DNA of 64,000 nucleotides from a plasmid: the sequence record NZ_CP070571.1; one strand, given 5' to 3'. Under the pieces are notes generated by a model, which made no database searches, had not been told where the DNA came from, and worked only from the letters and a program-made list of their open reading frames with translations. Below, one piece after another: positions 20,791-30,962 of the stretch. The translations under genes and the position numbers were made by a program. How positions within the stretch are numbered: the stretch's first letter is position 1; each line of letters begins with the position of its first letter.

Positions 20791-21363
20791 GTCCTTTCCT
20801 CAGTTGAATAGTTAGCCGTGCAATTTTACCACACCTCAATCATCGTCAGATGAGTGCCACTCTGTCGCGACAGTGACTTTCACGAGAGTGATTTTCACAT
20901 ACTAAAATAATAAGCAGCCATATAACAACGTAATTAAATTACCTGACGGCCGCTCTGGCCGGATCCGACTTTTATGTTATTCCACAGTTTCCGGAAGTGT
21001 ACCACGCACACGGAATAACCACAGCGCCCTTTCAGGGTGGTGAGCGGCCGGTCACGGGGCAGGGGAGGGGCACAACATATATGGTCACTGACAGCTGGAA
21101 ACACCGCTACATCTTGTGTTTCCGGGCCGCTGCGCGCCGGCGGGGCTGAATCAGATCCGGAACTGCCTTTTTTCGGATCTGAGCGGGAAAAGTGAGAAAC
21201 CAACATAGGTGTAACATATCCATATGCCGGGCATCTGCATAGGCAAAGCATACGCATATACCTACCATCTGCATATGTAACACCTATACAAGCCGGGCTT
21301 GCAGGCATATACTTCACCTATGCGGGAATACTCCCTGGCACACTCAGCATATGAGGAAAAACC

Positions 21364-21594
21364 ATGCGCACAGTTTCGATATTTAAAAACGGCAATAACC
21401 GCGCCATCCGTCTGCCCCGGGACCTGGATTTTGATGGCGTCAGCGAGCTGGAGATCGTCCGGGAAGGGGACAGCATCATTCTGCGTCCCGTCCGGCCGAC
21501 CTGGGGCTCGTTCGCGCAGCTGGACAGGGCCGATCCGGACTTTATGGCGGAGCGTGAGGATGTGGTCAGCGATGAAGGACGCTTTGAGCCATGA
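21364..21594 (+). CDS. vagC: VagC/VapB-like antitoxin (AbrB/SpoVT fold)
   Basis: 76 aa, MRTVSIFKNGNNRAIRLPRDLDFDGVSELEIVREGDSIILRP. The gene overlaps the toxin gene. Confidence 0.8.
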   Translation: MRTVSIFKNGNNRAIRLPRDLDFDGVSELEIVREGDSIILRPVRPTWGSFAQLDRADPDFMAEREDVVSDEGRFEP

Positions 21595-22007
21595 AGAAAA
21601 CCTGGATGCTCGACACCAACATCTGCTCGTTCATCATGCGCGAGCAGCCGGCAGCGGTGCTGAAGCGCCTGGAGCAGGCGGTGCTGCGCGGTGATCGCAT
21701 TGTGGTCTCGGCCGTGACGTATGCCGAGATGCGCTTCGGCGCCACCGGCCCGAAGGCCTCGCCGCGCCATATTCAGCTGGTCGACGCGTTCTGCGCGCGC
21801 CTCGATGCCGTCCTGCCCTGGGACCGCGCCGCGGTGGACGCCACGACGGACATCCGGGTGGCGCTGCGCCTAGCCGGGACGCCGATCGGCCCGAATGACA
21901 CGGCCATTGCCGGGCACGCCATCGCGGCGGGCGCCATCCTGGTGACGAACAATGTGAGAGAGTTTGCGCGGGTCCCGGGCCTGGTGCTGGAAGACTGGGT
22001 GAAATAA
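21591..22007 (+). CDS. vagD: VagD/VapC PIN-domain toxin
   Basis: 138 aa. MLDTNICSF (N-terminal Asp) and other PIN acidic residues. Confidence 0.8.
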   Translation: MKKTWMLDTNICSFIMREQPAAVLKRLEQAVLRGDRIVVSAVTYAEMRFGATGPKASPRHIQLVDAFCARLDAVLPWDRAAVDATTDIRVALRLAGTPIGPNDTAIAGHAIAAGAILVTNNVREFARVPGLVLEDWVK

Positions 22008-22048
22008 TCCCGTAATAATTTCCGTGACGGAGACGACAGACATGAATG

Positions 22049-22112
22049 GGCTTTGTTGAATAAATCGAACTTTTGCTGAGTTGAAGGATCAGATCACGCA
22101 TCCTCCCGACTG
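22049..22112. mobile_element. 64-bp IS903 left-end scar (GGGCTTTGTTGAATAAATCGAACTTTTGCTGAG...)
   Basis: Matches the first ~64 bp of the 5334-5598 fragment. Abuts an IS3-family end. Confidence 0.7.
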
Positions 22113-23070
22113 GATTTGCCCCTATATTTCCAGACACCTGTTATCACTTAATGGAGTGACCCCGAGCCCGTAGACAAATCTGCCCTATAGTTTGAGCATA
22201 GGAGGAGTCTATGGGCACATCACGTTTTACCCCTGAATTTAAGGAAGAGGCCGTCCGCCAGATCACCGAGCGGGGCTATTCTATTGCTGAAGTATCTGAA
22301 CGGCTCGGCGTGTCGGCGCACAGCCTATATAAATGGCTCCGGGCTGTTAAGCCTGACAACAGTGGACAGCAGGCACAGGATTTACTGGATGCCAGAACAG
22401 AAATTCTCAGGCTGAAAGCACAGCTTAAACGCACTGAGGAAGAGCGGGATATTCTGAAAAAGGCAGCGCGGTACTTTGCAAGGGAGCCCGACTGAAGTAT
22501 CGCTTTATCAACGATCACCGTGAAATCTGGTCGATCGTTACAATGTGTCGGGTCCTTAAGGTTGCCCGTGCCGGATTTTATGTCTGGCTCCATAACCCTG
22601 TATCTGCCGGAGAAAAGGATAACCAGCGACTGCTGGAACTCATCCGCGACTCCTATACGCTGAGTGGTGGAGTTTACGGTTATCGCAGGGTTCATGGCGA
22701 TCTTCGCGAAATTGGCGAAGTGTGCAGCAGAAACCGGGTTGCCAAAATCATGAGGAAAAACAGGATTCAGGCTATACATGGTTATAAAGTGCCACGCGGG
22801 AGCCGGGGACGACCGTCACTGATAGCGCCTAATCACGTGCGGCGTGAATTTACTGTAGTGAAGCCCAATCAGGTGTGGGTCACCGACATCACCTACATCC
22901 GCACCTGGCAGGGCTGGCTGTACCTGGCAGTGGTTATCGATCTTTTTGCCCGTAATGTGGTGGGCTGGTCGATGAAGCCGACACTGTCGCGCGAGCTGGC
23001 ACTGGATGCGCTGCTGATGGCGGTCTGGCGACGTAAACCTGAAGAAAACGTCATTGTGCACAGCGATAGT
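22113..23070 (+). mobile_element. IS3-family element, 3-prime truncated (orfA intact, orfB cut after the HSD motif)
   Basis: orfA 22211-22495 (HTH, leucine zipper). orfB in -1 frame with a DDE core, diverging after VIVHSD at about 23070. Confidence 0.65.
22211..22495 (+). CDS. IS3-family OrfA
   Basis: 94 aa, MGTSRFTPEFKEEAVRQITERGYSIAEVSERLGVSAHSLYKW. Confidence 0.75.
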   Translation: MGTSRFTPEFKEEAVRQITERGYSIAEVSERLGVSAHSLYKWLRAVKPDNSGQQAQDLLDARTEILRLKAQLKRTEEERDILKKAARYFAREPD

Positions 23071-23130
23071 AATAATGCCGATGTCAGTCTTTACCACCAC
23101 TTAGTTTGCCGTTTAACCAGATTGGTGTGA
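22492..23130 (+). pseudogene. IS3-family OrfB (integrase core), truncated
   Basis: 195-aa ORF with WVTDITYI...DLFARNVVGW motifs. The normal C-terminal third is missing. Start inferred by -1 frameshift from orfA. Confidence 0.65.
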
Positions 23131-23348
23131 TTACTGATGCAGTGAAGACCTTCCCGCATCCTGACTCACACAGCGATCGACCTTTTGTGTCCTGCCCTGG
23201 ACCCGTCGGTTGCCGGAAGCGCCTTCATGCGAGGCATCTCCTCACCGATGCGCGTGACTCAAGAAGGGCCTGACGGCTTGTCTCGTTACTGTCCTGTCCG
23301 GGTTATCTGTCTGGAGATTCAACTCTGTTTCCTCACAGGAGCTCTGTC

Positions 23349-24425
23349 ATGGTTGATAAAGTTACCGAAGCTGCCGTTGTGGGTGGCGTGGATACACATA
23401 AAGATTTGCACGTTGCCGCTGTCGTAGATCAGAACAATAAAGTCCTTGGGACTCAGTATTTCTCCACAACACGACAAGGTTACCGGCAGATGCTGGCATG
23501 GATGACCTCGTTTGGGACATTAAAGCGAATTGGTGTTGAGTGCACAGGTACCTATGGTTCCGGTTTGCTTCGTTATTTTCAGAACGCCGGGTTAGAAGTT
23601 CTTGAGGTGACTGCTCCAGACCGGATGGAGCGACGCAAACGGGGTAAAAGTGACACAATTGATGCTGAATGTGCCGCTCATGCAGCATTCTCAGGCATCA
23701 GGACAGTTACTCCCAAAACGCGTGATGGCATGATTGAGTCCCTGCGGGTATTAAAAACTTGCCGAAAAACAGCAATATCAGCCCGCAGAGTCGCTCTCCA
23801 GATTATCCATTCAAATATTATCTCTGCCCCGGATGAATTACGTGAACAGCTCAGAAATATGACGCGCATGCAGCTCATCAGGACCCTGGGTTCCTGGAGA
23901 CCTGATGCCAGTGAATACCGCAATGTAACCAACGTTTATCGCATTTCATTAAAGTCCCTTGCCCGACGCTATCTCGAGTTACATGACGAAATCGCTGATC
24001 TGGATGTCATGATTGCGGCAATTGTCGACGAGTTGGCACCTGAGCTGATTAAACGTAATGCTATCGGATACGAAAGCGCTTCACAGTTGCTGATCACTGC
24101 CGGAGACAATCCTCAACGGTTAAGATCAGAATCAGGATTTGCGGCACTGTGTGGTGTCAGCCCGGTCCCCGTTTCTTCTGGAAAAACGAACCGTTACCGA
24201 CTTAATCGTGGTGGAGATCGTGCTGCAAATAGTGCACTTCACATCATCGCCATCGGACGCTTACGAACTGACGCAAAAACAAAGGAATATGTCGCCAGGC
24301 GTGTAGCCGAAGGACATACAAAAATGGAAGCGATACGCTGTCTAAAGCGATATATCTCCCGCGAAGTTTACACGTTACTGCGCAATCAAAACAGGCGGAT
24401 CAACAGTATCCCGATAACAGCTTGA
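23349..24425 (+). CDS. IS110-family transposase (DEDD)
   Basis: 358 aa. N-terminal [15 protein letters not shown] is a typical IS110 start. C-terminal domain. Confidence 0.75.
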   Translation: MVDKVTEAAVVGGVDTHKDLHVAAVVDQNNKVLGTQYFSTTRQGYRQMLAWMTSFGTLKRIGVECTGTYGSGLLRYFQNAGLEVLEVTAPDRMERRKRGKSDTIDAECAAHAAFSGIRTVTPKTRDGMIESLRVLKTCRKTAISARRVALQIIHSNIISAPDELREQLRNMTRMQLIRTLGSWRPDASEYRNVTNVYRISLKSLARRYLELHDEIADLDVMIAAIVDELAPELIKRNAIGYESASQLLITAGDNPQRLRSESGFAALCGVSPVPVSSGKTNRYRLNRGGDRAANSALHIIAIGRLRTDAKTKEYVARRVAEGHTKMEAIRCLKRYISREVYTLLRNQNRRINSIPITA

Positions 24426-25065
24426 CTCTTAGAAGGGCGTCAGTTGCTGTCAGCAGCGTCAGTCCACTGGCGCGGTAGCTCTGATTTTCCGGTTTACGAT
24501 CCCTGATTTCACCCAGACGGTGCAGGAATACCGCGCGCGCTAGAGAGAGCTCCCATCGCTGCGCGACGGGCCCCAACCGGAGAACCAAGTTAGTTACAGC
24601 ATTCAAATGAAAATTCATCATAAAACCGGCGCCGGTTTGCCAGCCAGGAGCCCCTCCCCACCACTGAAAAGCGCCGCCGCCCCCGGCCGAAGGCCGGGAG
24701 TAGTGTCGCTTTTAATGATGGGTGTTGTAACTACTCTTCGTCATCTCTGTGAGTAGTGTCGCGGTAAGTTCTGGGATACACGCTCGTAAGCGGCCCTAAC
24801 GGCCCGCTAACGCGGAGATACGCCCCGACTGCGGCTGTCGCCTTGCCGGGACCACTCCGACCGCGTACAGAGGCATCTGAGCCGTTTTTAGCGGGTATAG
24901 CTTTGCAGGGAAGGGGGTGGGTGAGGCAGAACCTGTCAAAACAGCAGCCGGCTGCGCCGGGCGACGGCGCCATTTACCCGCAGTACTCCATTCAACTTCA
25001 GCTGGCGCCTCCATGCCGCTGACGCGGCATTATCTATACTTTAAGTCTGGCCACTGGAGGTAACC

Positions 25066-25150
25066 ATGTGCGGACGTTTTTCTCAGTCTATGACGCGGGA
25101 AGAGTATCTTTCTCTCCTCGCCAATGAAGCCGATCGAAATATTGCCTACG
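25066..25150 (+). pseudogene. yedK: 5-prime 28 codons of a YedK/SRAP-like (SOS-response-associated peptidase) gene, truncated by IS903 fragment
   Basis: MCGRFSQSMTREEYLSLLANEADRNIAY with the catalytic Cys2 start. Cut at the IS903 IR. Confidence 0.6.
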
Positions 25151-25278
25151 GGCTTTGTTGAATAAATCAGATTTCGGGTAAGTCTCCCCCGTAGCGGGTT
25201 GTGTTTTCAGGCAATACGCACGCTTTCAGGCATACCTGCTTTCGTCATTTTGTTCAGCGCTCGTACCAGGGCCATAGC
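25151..25278 (+). mobile_element. IS903 right-end fragment (128 bp)
   Basis: Identical to 6618-6745 of the IS903B copy up to gccatagc. Confidence 0.8.
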
Positions 25279-25359
25279 GGGGTCGTTTGCGGGAGGGGGC
25301 GGAATCCTACGCTAAGGCTTTGGCCAGCGATATTCTCCGGTGAGATTGATGTGTTCCCA
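25279..25359. repeat. Tn5393-type long (81-bp) terminal inverted repeat
   Basis: GGGGTCGTTTGCGGGAGGGGGCGGAATCCTACGCTAAGGCTTTGGCC... matches the Tn5393 IR by recall. Confidence 0.6.
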
Positions 25360-25837
25360 TCCGAGCGGCGAAACATGGGCCAAGAGATCGGGCGATAGCA
25401 GCTTTCCATCGCGTTTCTGGTTTGCAACGACCTCGCCGAGCTTCATGGTGTTCCAGAAGATGATGATGGCGGCGAGCAGATTCATGCCGGCGATGCGGTA
25501 ATGCTGGCCTTCGGCGGAACGGTCGCGGATTTCACCGCGGCGGTGGAAGCTGATTGCCCGCTTCAGCGCATGATGAGCTTCGCCTTTGTTGAGCCCGATC
25601 TGGGCACGCCGTTGGAGTTCGGCATCCAGAATCCAGTCGATCATGAACAGGGTGCGCTCGACGCGACCGACTTCCCGCAGGGCTGTCGCGAGCTCGTTCT
25701 GCCGCGGATAGGAGGCGAGTTTCCGCAGAATCTGGCTTGGCGCGACGGTCCCGGCAGCAATGGTGGCGGCGATGCGCAGGATGTCGGGCCAATTGCGCTC
25801 GATCATGGCTTGGTTGACCTTTCCGCCGATCAACGCT
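25312..25837 (-). pseudogene. Tn3-family (Tn5393-like) transposase, C-terminal 175 codons, 5-prime truncated by IS26
   Basis: ...RGEIRDRSAEGQHYRIAGMNLLAAIIIFWNTMKL...[15 protein letters not shown]. The ORF runs into the IS26 end. Confidence 0.8.
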
Positions 25838-26830
<993 letters not shown>

Positions 26831-26939
26831 CTGTCAGACCAAGTTTACTCATATATACTTTAGATTGATTTAAAACTTCATTTTTAATTTAAAAGGATCT
26901 AGGTGAAGATCCTTTTTGATAATCTCATGACCAAAATCC

Positions 26940-26977
26940 CTTAACGTGAGTTTTCGTTCCACTGAGCGTCAGACCCC
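26940..26977. repeat. Tn1/2/3 38-bp terminal inverted repeat (bla-proximal, IRR)
   Basis: cttaacgtgagttttcgttccactgagcgtcagacccc. Confidence 0.9.
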
Positions 26978-26982
26978 CTTAC
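26978..26982. repeat. 5-bp target-site duplication CTTAC (copy 1) flanking IRR
   Basis: Identical CTTAC immediately outside IRL at 61274-61278. Confidence 0.8.
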
Positions 26983-27063
26983 CAGATGAAATCCTCTCCG
27001 GTTCCGGTGACACCCCGCAAGCTGAAAGCTGAAATGGAGGCTATCGCCAGAACAGCCCGATAA
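26983..27063 (+). pseudogene. 3-prime part of a 51-codon leading-region gene split by the Tn2-like insertion (5-prime part at 61204-61278)
   Basis: Joining 61204-61278 to 26983-27063 gives one ORF MKKFICNRNGKAVFQEGDRELVAAYQMKSSPVPVTPRKLKAEMEAIARTAR. It is preceded by a partial CUP promoter/leader. Confidence 0.6.
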
Positions 27064-27135
27064 TCAATCACCCGCGCCGTTGGCGCGGGTATCCCTCATA
27101 GCGGCGGCAACCGCTTTTTGCGAAGGAGCAACGCG

Positions 27136-27393
27136 ATGTGTATTGATCACGTCCTCACCTTTCCCGTTCCCCTGGAAGATGCCAGCTTGCTGGCAGACTA
27201 CTGCGGGTTTGAAGTGTATCCCACCTACAGCACGAACCGGGCCGATGAAACGCCCCGTTTTTCCGTGGTGGCACTTCATCGCCACAAAGCCAGGCTGGAA
27301 ACGTTAGCCGTGGCCGACACGGAGAAAAGCGCCCATGCTTTCCGCGATATGGCCGAGATTACCGCCGCTTACTACTTACATTTTCGGCGGTAA
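27136..27393 (+). CDS. hypothetical protein (85 aa)
   Basis: ORF MCIDHVLTFPVPLEDASLLADYCGFEVYP... Confidence 0.4.
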   Translation: MCIDHVLTFPVPLEDASLLADYCGFEVYPTYSTNRADETPRFSVVALHRHKARLETLAVADTEKSAHAFRDMAEITAAYYLHFRR

Positions 27394-27397
27394 TACG

Positions 27398-27586
27398 ATG
27401 AACGATTATCTATCCCTCATGGAACAGGCACGACAGGCAGAGGATTTGCGCGACTGGAAAACCGCCGCGCAGCTCTACACTCAGGCAATGGCCGTTAGTC
27501 CAAAAGCCAGAACGATGCGCCAGCGCCGCGAAAGGCTGAACCTACAGCAGCGTATCGACTTTTGCGAGCGTAACGCGAGAACGTAA
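27398..27586 (+). CDS. hypothetical protein (62 aa)
   Basis: ORF MNDYLSLMEQARQAEDLRDWKTAAQLYTQAMA..., followed by a terminator. Confidence 0.4.
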   Translation: MNDYLSLMEQARQAEDLRDWKTAAQLYTQAMAVSPKARTMRQRRERLNLQQRIDFCERNART

Positions 27587-27595
27587 AAACTAAAA

Positions 27596-27626
27596 AAAAC
27601 CGCCTCATACGGCGGTTTTTTTTCTG
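27596..27626. terminator. bidirectional rho-independent terminator (aaccgcc-tcatac-ggcggtt plus T-run)
   Basis: GC hairpin with flanking A-run and T-run, between convergent genes. Confidence 0.6.
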
Positions 27627-27627
27627 G

Positions 27628-28431
27628 TTAGGTTGGCTGGTATTCTGCCTTTCCGCAGTGTTCGCCACCACAGTACAGGATCAGGCCCGGCTTTCCCCAC
27701 ACGTTCGTATGGCATTTCGGGCAGGTGTATTTTGTCCGGTTTGATTTATTCACCGGCGTATCTGGCGGCGGGTTTACCAGCGAAAGGGCTTGTGTGATCT
27801 CATCGTCCAGCTCGCCATCGTCGCCGTATCCCTCGTCCTCATAATCTTCGTCATCAACATACCCTTTACCGTCTGCGCCGGTTGGCGTTGGTGGCGTTGG
27901 TTTGTGTGGCGGGAACCGATCCAGCCAGCTTAGTTTAAACTCCGTGGTAAGCAGCTCCTTGCAGGCGGTATCAAACGCGCCGCCGTCCTCGATGTAATGA
28001 CTCATGGACTCACCGACGCGCTTACCTCCTGGCTGGCCGGTGTCGGATGGTATCAGGCCGATGCGCTCCATCAACGCCGCCCATTCTTTATTGTGGTATC
28101 CACGGCGGCCCGGTTTGCCGGTGTGTTGCTGCAACTGGTGAACCATTTCATGCACAAGTGTGGAAAGCGTGTCGCGTATCGTGCGGATCGAGAAATAGAC
28201 CGGATTCATGGCGATTTCATCAACGATTTGTCCGGTTGAGCGACCAACAAAGCGACCATTCGAGAAATAGCCATACGTTCTTTTTTCGCGCTGAAGGGTG
28301 ATAAGGCAAGGCGGCAGCGCACTTTCAAACAGGCGTTGATTGAAAAATTCGTAGGCGCGTTGAAGCTCGTCGTAAGTTTCCTGGGTAGGGATGATCATAG
28401 CGGCCTCACAATGGGTTTCTGGATTGCACAA
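27628..28431 (-). CDS. SprT-like zinc metallopeptidase domain protein with C-terminal zinc ribbon
   Basis: 267 aa. HEMVHQLQQH (HExxH) motif. C-terminal CPKCH...CGGEHC. Acidic DDEDYEDEGYGDDGELDDE linker. Confidence 0.6.
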   Translation of the reverse strand: MCNPETHCEAAMIIPTQETYDELQRAYEFFNQRLFESALPPCLITLQREKRTYGYFSNGRFVGRSTGQIVDEIAMNPVYFSIRTIRDTLSTLVHEMVHQLQQHTGKPGRRGYHNKEWAALMERIGLIPSDTGQPGGKRVGESMSHYIEDGGAFDTACKELLTTEFKLSWLDRFPPHKPTPPTPTGADGKGYVDDEDYEDEGYGDDGELDDEITQALSLVNPPPDTPVNKSNRTKYTCPKCHTNVWGKPGLILYCGGEHCGKAEYQPT

Positions 28432-28475
28432 ACCATTTTATTGATTATGGATTGTGCAATCCACTTTTATTTTTG

Positions 28476-28557
28476 GGCGTTCCCTGCGGGCGGGCTTTCG
28501 TGCTGCGCATCGAGCCAGGCAAGCTGTCTCGCCCCTTCGGGCTTCAATCCCTAACGC
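28476..28557. repeat. REP2, an 82-bp GC-rich repeat (GGCGTTCCCTGCGGGCGGGCTTTCGTGCTGCGCATCGAGCCAGGCAAGCTGTCTCGCCCCTTCGGGCTTCAATCCCTAACGC), copy 1 of 4
   Basis: Near-identical copies at 57636-57718, 59142-59224 and 59765-59847. Confidence 0.8.
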
Positions 28558-28611
28558 AATCGAGGCCAAAAAAAACGGCCCGGATAGGGCCGCTTCAGGT
28601 CAGGCTTTTTG

Positions 28612-28980
28612 TCAGTGAAGCAGGAACGTTATAGCCGCCGCGCCGAGCGCTCCACCAACGAAGGAACAGACAACCGTGATAATCAGAATCTGCCTGATAA
28701 GCGCTTGCGAAAACCCTGTTTGCGCTCCGGCCAGACGTTCAAAAAATTGGTCGCTAACCTTCTGCTCCTTCTTCAGAGTGTTGACCAGCTCGCGCTGGCT
28801 TGCGATCACTTCTGTTTTCGCCACCTCAGATGATTTCTTTATTTCATCGGAGGCTTTATCCAGCCGTTCTACTGTTTCGGTAACGCTTGTGGTTACGCTT
28901 TCCAGTTTTGAGGTGATTTCTTTCGCATCGCCTAAAAACCAGTCCATCAGGATATCTAATTTATCAGGTTGCTTTTCCAT
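28612..28980 (-). CDS. stbC: StbC-like protein (C-terminal TM helix)
   Basis: 122 aa, last gene of the stbABC-like operon. Confidence 0.55.
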   Translation of the reverse strand: MEKQPDKLDILMDWFLGDAKEITSKLESVTTSVTETVERLDKASDEIKKSSEVAKTEVIASQRELVNTLKKEQKVSDQFFERLAGAQTGFSQALIRQILIITVVCSFVGGALGAAAITFLLH

Positions 28981-28981
28981 A

Positions 28982-29692
28982 TTATTCAGCCGTTAATATT
29001 TCAAAGGTACGATCAAGATTACGTTTAACCGGCAGCGCTAATTTCATCCAGCGATAACGCCGCGCAGCCGCCGCGCGTTCGTCGGCATCAGTGCAGGATT
29101 TAGCTTTCGCTTTAAATGTTTCTGGATCTTCAGCCAGCAGTTCTTCAAACGAAATTTTGTGATACGCGAGGTATTCATAAATTTCACTTTCAAAAACGGC
29201 GGCATCTTTATGAATAGAGGCTTTTTTAGAATCCTTCGCCCATTCATACACTGAAGCAATATCTTCCTGCGGAGTTGCTTTAATGCGGTTAGGCAGAAGA
29301 ACAATTTTGGATTTTGGAACGCCAGCAGCGCTTAACGCGAGAGCGGTCTTAATACTTTCCTGCCATGCTTTATCATCCGGGGTAACAGGAATAAGATATT
29401 TATCAAATTCATCAATTGCACCCTCGTATTTTGTCATGGTAGAAAGAAAACGCTCTACGTTCGACGCGCCAATATCCACGATGGCGTTATCTTCAAATAC
29501 GATTTCTTCAACCAGTTGACCAAAATTATCCCCGGTCAAACTCATTACTTCATCAACACCCAAATCAGCCGCCGACATATTGATTGTCTCGATGGCAAAG
29601 AATTTTGCGCCAGCCATGCGAGGATACAGCAGGTATGACGAAATAATAGTTTTGCCGACACTGCCACTGTAGTTCATTACTGCAATTTTCAT
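28982..29692 (-). CDS. stbB: StbB-like ParA-family ATPase
   Basis: 236 aa. N-terminal deviant Walker A MNYSGSVGKT. Confidence 0.75.
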   Translation of the reverse strand: MKIAVMNYSGSVGKTIISSYLLYPRMAGAKFFAIETINMSAADLGVDEVMSLTGDNFGQLVEEIVFEDNAIVDIGASNVERFLSTMTKYEGAIDEFDKYLIPVTPDDKAWQESIKTALALSAAGVPKSKIVLLPNRIKATPQEDIASVYEWAKDSKKASIHKDAAVFESEIYEYLAYHKISFEELLAEDPETFKAKAKSCTDADERAAAARRYRWMKLALPVKRNLDRTFEILTAE

Positions 29693-29704
29693 CTATTCGC
29701 TCCT

Positions 29705-30139
29705 TTAGAAACCTTTTTTATTACCTACGCTACCTTTGAATGAGGACGCAACTTTTTTTGCCTCATCCCCGATTTTTTTAAAATCGGTATCGGACAGAAA
29801 TTCTTTGTTCCCGCCCATATCCTCAACTAACTTTTCTGATTCTGGATTGTGCAATCCAGTATCTTCCGGTTTTGCTTCTTCCTGCGGTTTTGGATTGTGC
29901 AATCCATTTTTTACCGTACTTTCTGGATTGTGCAATCCACCTTTTTTACGCTTTAACCTGGCCCGGTACAATGCCATTTCCAGCGCTTTCGGTGTTACGG
30001 AAAAGCTATATTCAGCATCAAGCAGTTGAGCAATCTCTTGCCTCGATACACCTTTATCCAGCCAGCCCTCGATCTCATCTAAACGAGTTCGTACTGCTGC
30101 CGAAAGGTTACGAGGTTCTAACTCGGTTGCCTTTTTCAT
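29705..30139 (-). CDS. stbA: StbA-like DNA-binding protein (binds oriT-proximal repeats in R388/IncN-type systems)
   Basis: 144 aa, MKKATELEPRNLSAAVRTRLDEIEGWLDKGVSRQEIAQLL. Three GLHNP peptide repeats. Confidence 0.75.
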   Translation of the reverse strand: MKKATELEPRNLSAAVRTRLDEIEGWLDKGVSRQEIAQLLDAEYSFSVTPKALEMALYRARLKRKKGGLHNPESTVKNGLHNPKPQEEAKPEDTGLHNPESEKLVEDMGGNKEFLSDTDFKKIGDEAKKVASSFKGSVGNKKGF

Positions 30140-30614
30140 ACCCTCTCCTTCGTCTGCATTTGAATGTACGTTAACCCGTTTATCCCGTCAACCCGATTTT
30201 GTAGTTTTTTGGTAGTTTTTTAGTAGTTGGTTGCTTTTGTTTGTAGTCTATATGTAGTTATTCTGTAGTTTTTACCACAATTCAACTATCTAGGTGTGTA
30301 GTCTTTCTGTAGTCTATTTGTAGTGGCTGGTAAAAAAACTTTCATGCAAGCATGAAAGTGGTGAATGTGAACGCTTTTTGAGCGATTCACTTGCACGTAA
30401 CACCGGTTTCTCCCTTAAAAAAGGCGTGGTATGGTATCCCTTAACGGCTATACACCATACGCAATTACGATTTTCATCGTAAATGCTTGAAAACAAAACA
30501 AATTATTCTAATTTGTGTTTTAATGTGTAATACGCAACGTATTACACATGTGGAATTAAGCCGCATATATGCTAGATTTGAATGTATTACATCGGTATTA
30601 CACAAAGGAAACCT
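30140..30614. promoter_or_regulatory. oriT region. It has an ACTACA/TGTAGT repeat array (30198-30326), palindrome CTTTCATGC-AA-GCATGAAAG (30339-30358) and further palindromes (GTGTAATACG-CAA-CGTATTACAC) before the traK-like gene
   Basis: Divergent stbA / relaxosome-gene intergenic region, as in R388 and IncN plasmids. nic not located. Confidence 0.6.
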
Positions 30615-30962
30615 ATGCCATCTATCAGTTTAAGAGTGACCGAAGCGCAAAAAATCGACCTTGAATACCGTTCGGAGGGCAACGTATCGGAGTACATCAA
30701 GCAACAGCTTTTTGGACAAAAAGAGAGTGCCAGTGAAGTGATCGCCCGGCTTGATAAACTGCTGGAACGTTCATCTTCAGAGCAGCAAGCCGCCGGACGA
30801 GATCGATACATCGAGGCAATGTTGATTGAGGTGTTATTGATACTTCGCCAGGTGAGTAAAGCAGATGCGCAGAAAGTTGCCGGTGGTGAAATTCGCCGGT
30901 TAGGGCTGGAGCCGTGGTCAGCAGAGCTGGCCCAGGAGAGAGAGGAACAGAGTCATGAATGA
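30615..30962 (+). CDS. TrwA/TraK-like relaxosome accessory protein (ribbon-helix-helix)
   Basis: MPSISLRVTEAQKIDLEYRSEGNVSEYIKQQLF has an RHH N-terminus. It sits between oriT and the T4CP. Confidence 0.65.
   Translation: MPSISLRVTEAQKIDLEYRSEGNVSEYIKQQLFGQKESASEVIARLDKLLERSSSEQQAAGRDRYIEAMLIEVLLILRQVSKADAQKVAGGEIRRLGLEPWSAELAQEREEQSHE

Noticed and set aside
20934-21317. 127-aa minus-strand ORF upstream of vagC
   Set aside because: Cys/Arg-rich low-complexity translation over the vagCD promoter/operator repeats (CATATG/GCATAT motifs). Not credible as a gene.
24460-24621. Minus-strand ORF with [19 protein letters not shown] (Tn3-family transposase motif)
   Set aside because: Probably a 35-40 codon internal relic of another Tn3-family tnpA. 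It is too short and lacks both ends, so it is only noted, not annotated.
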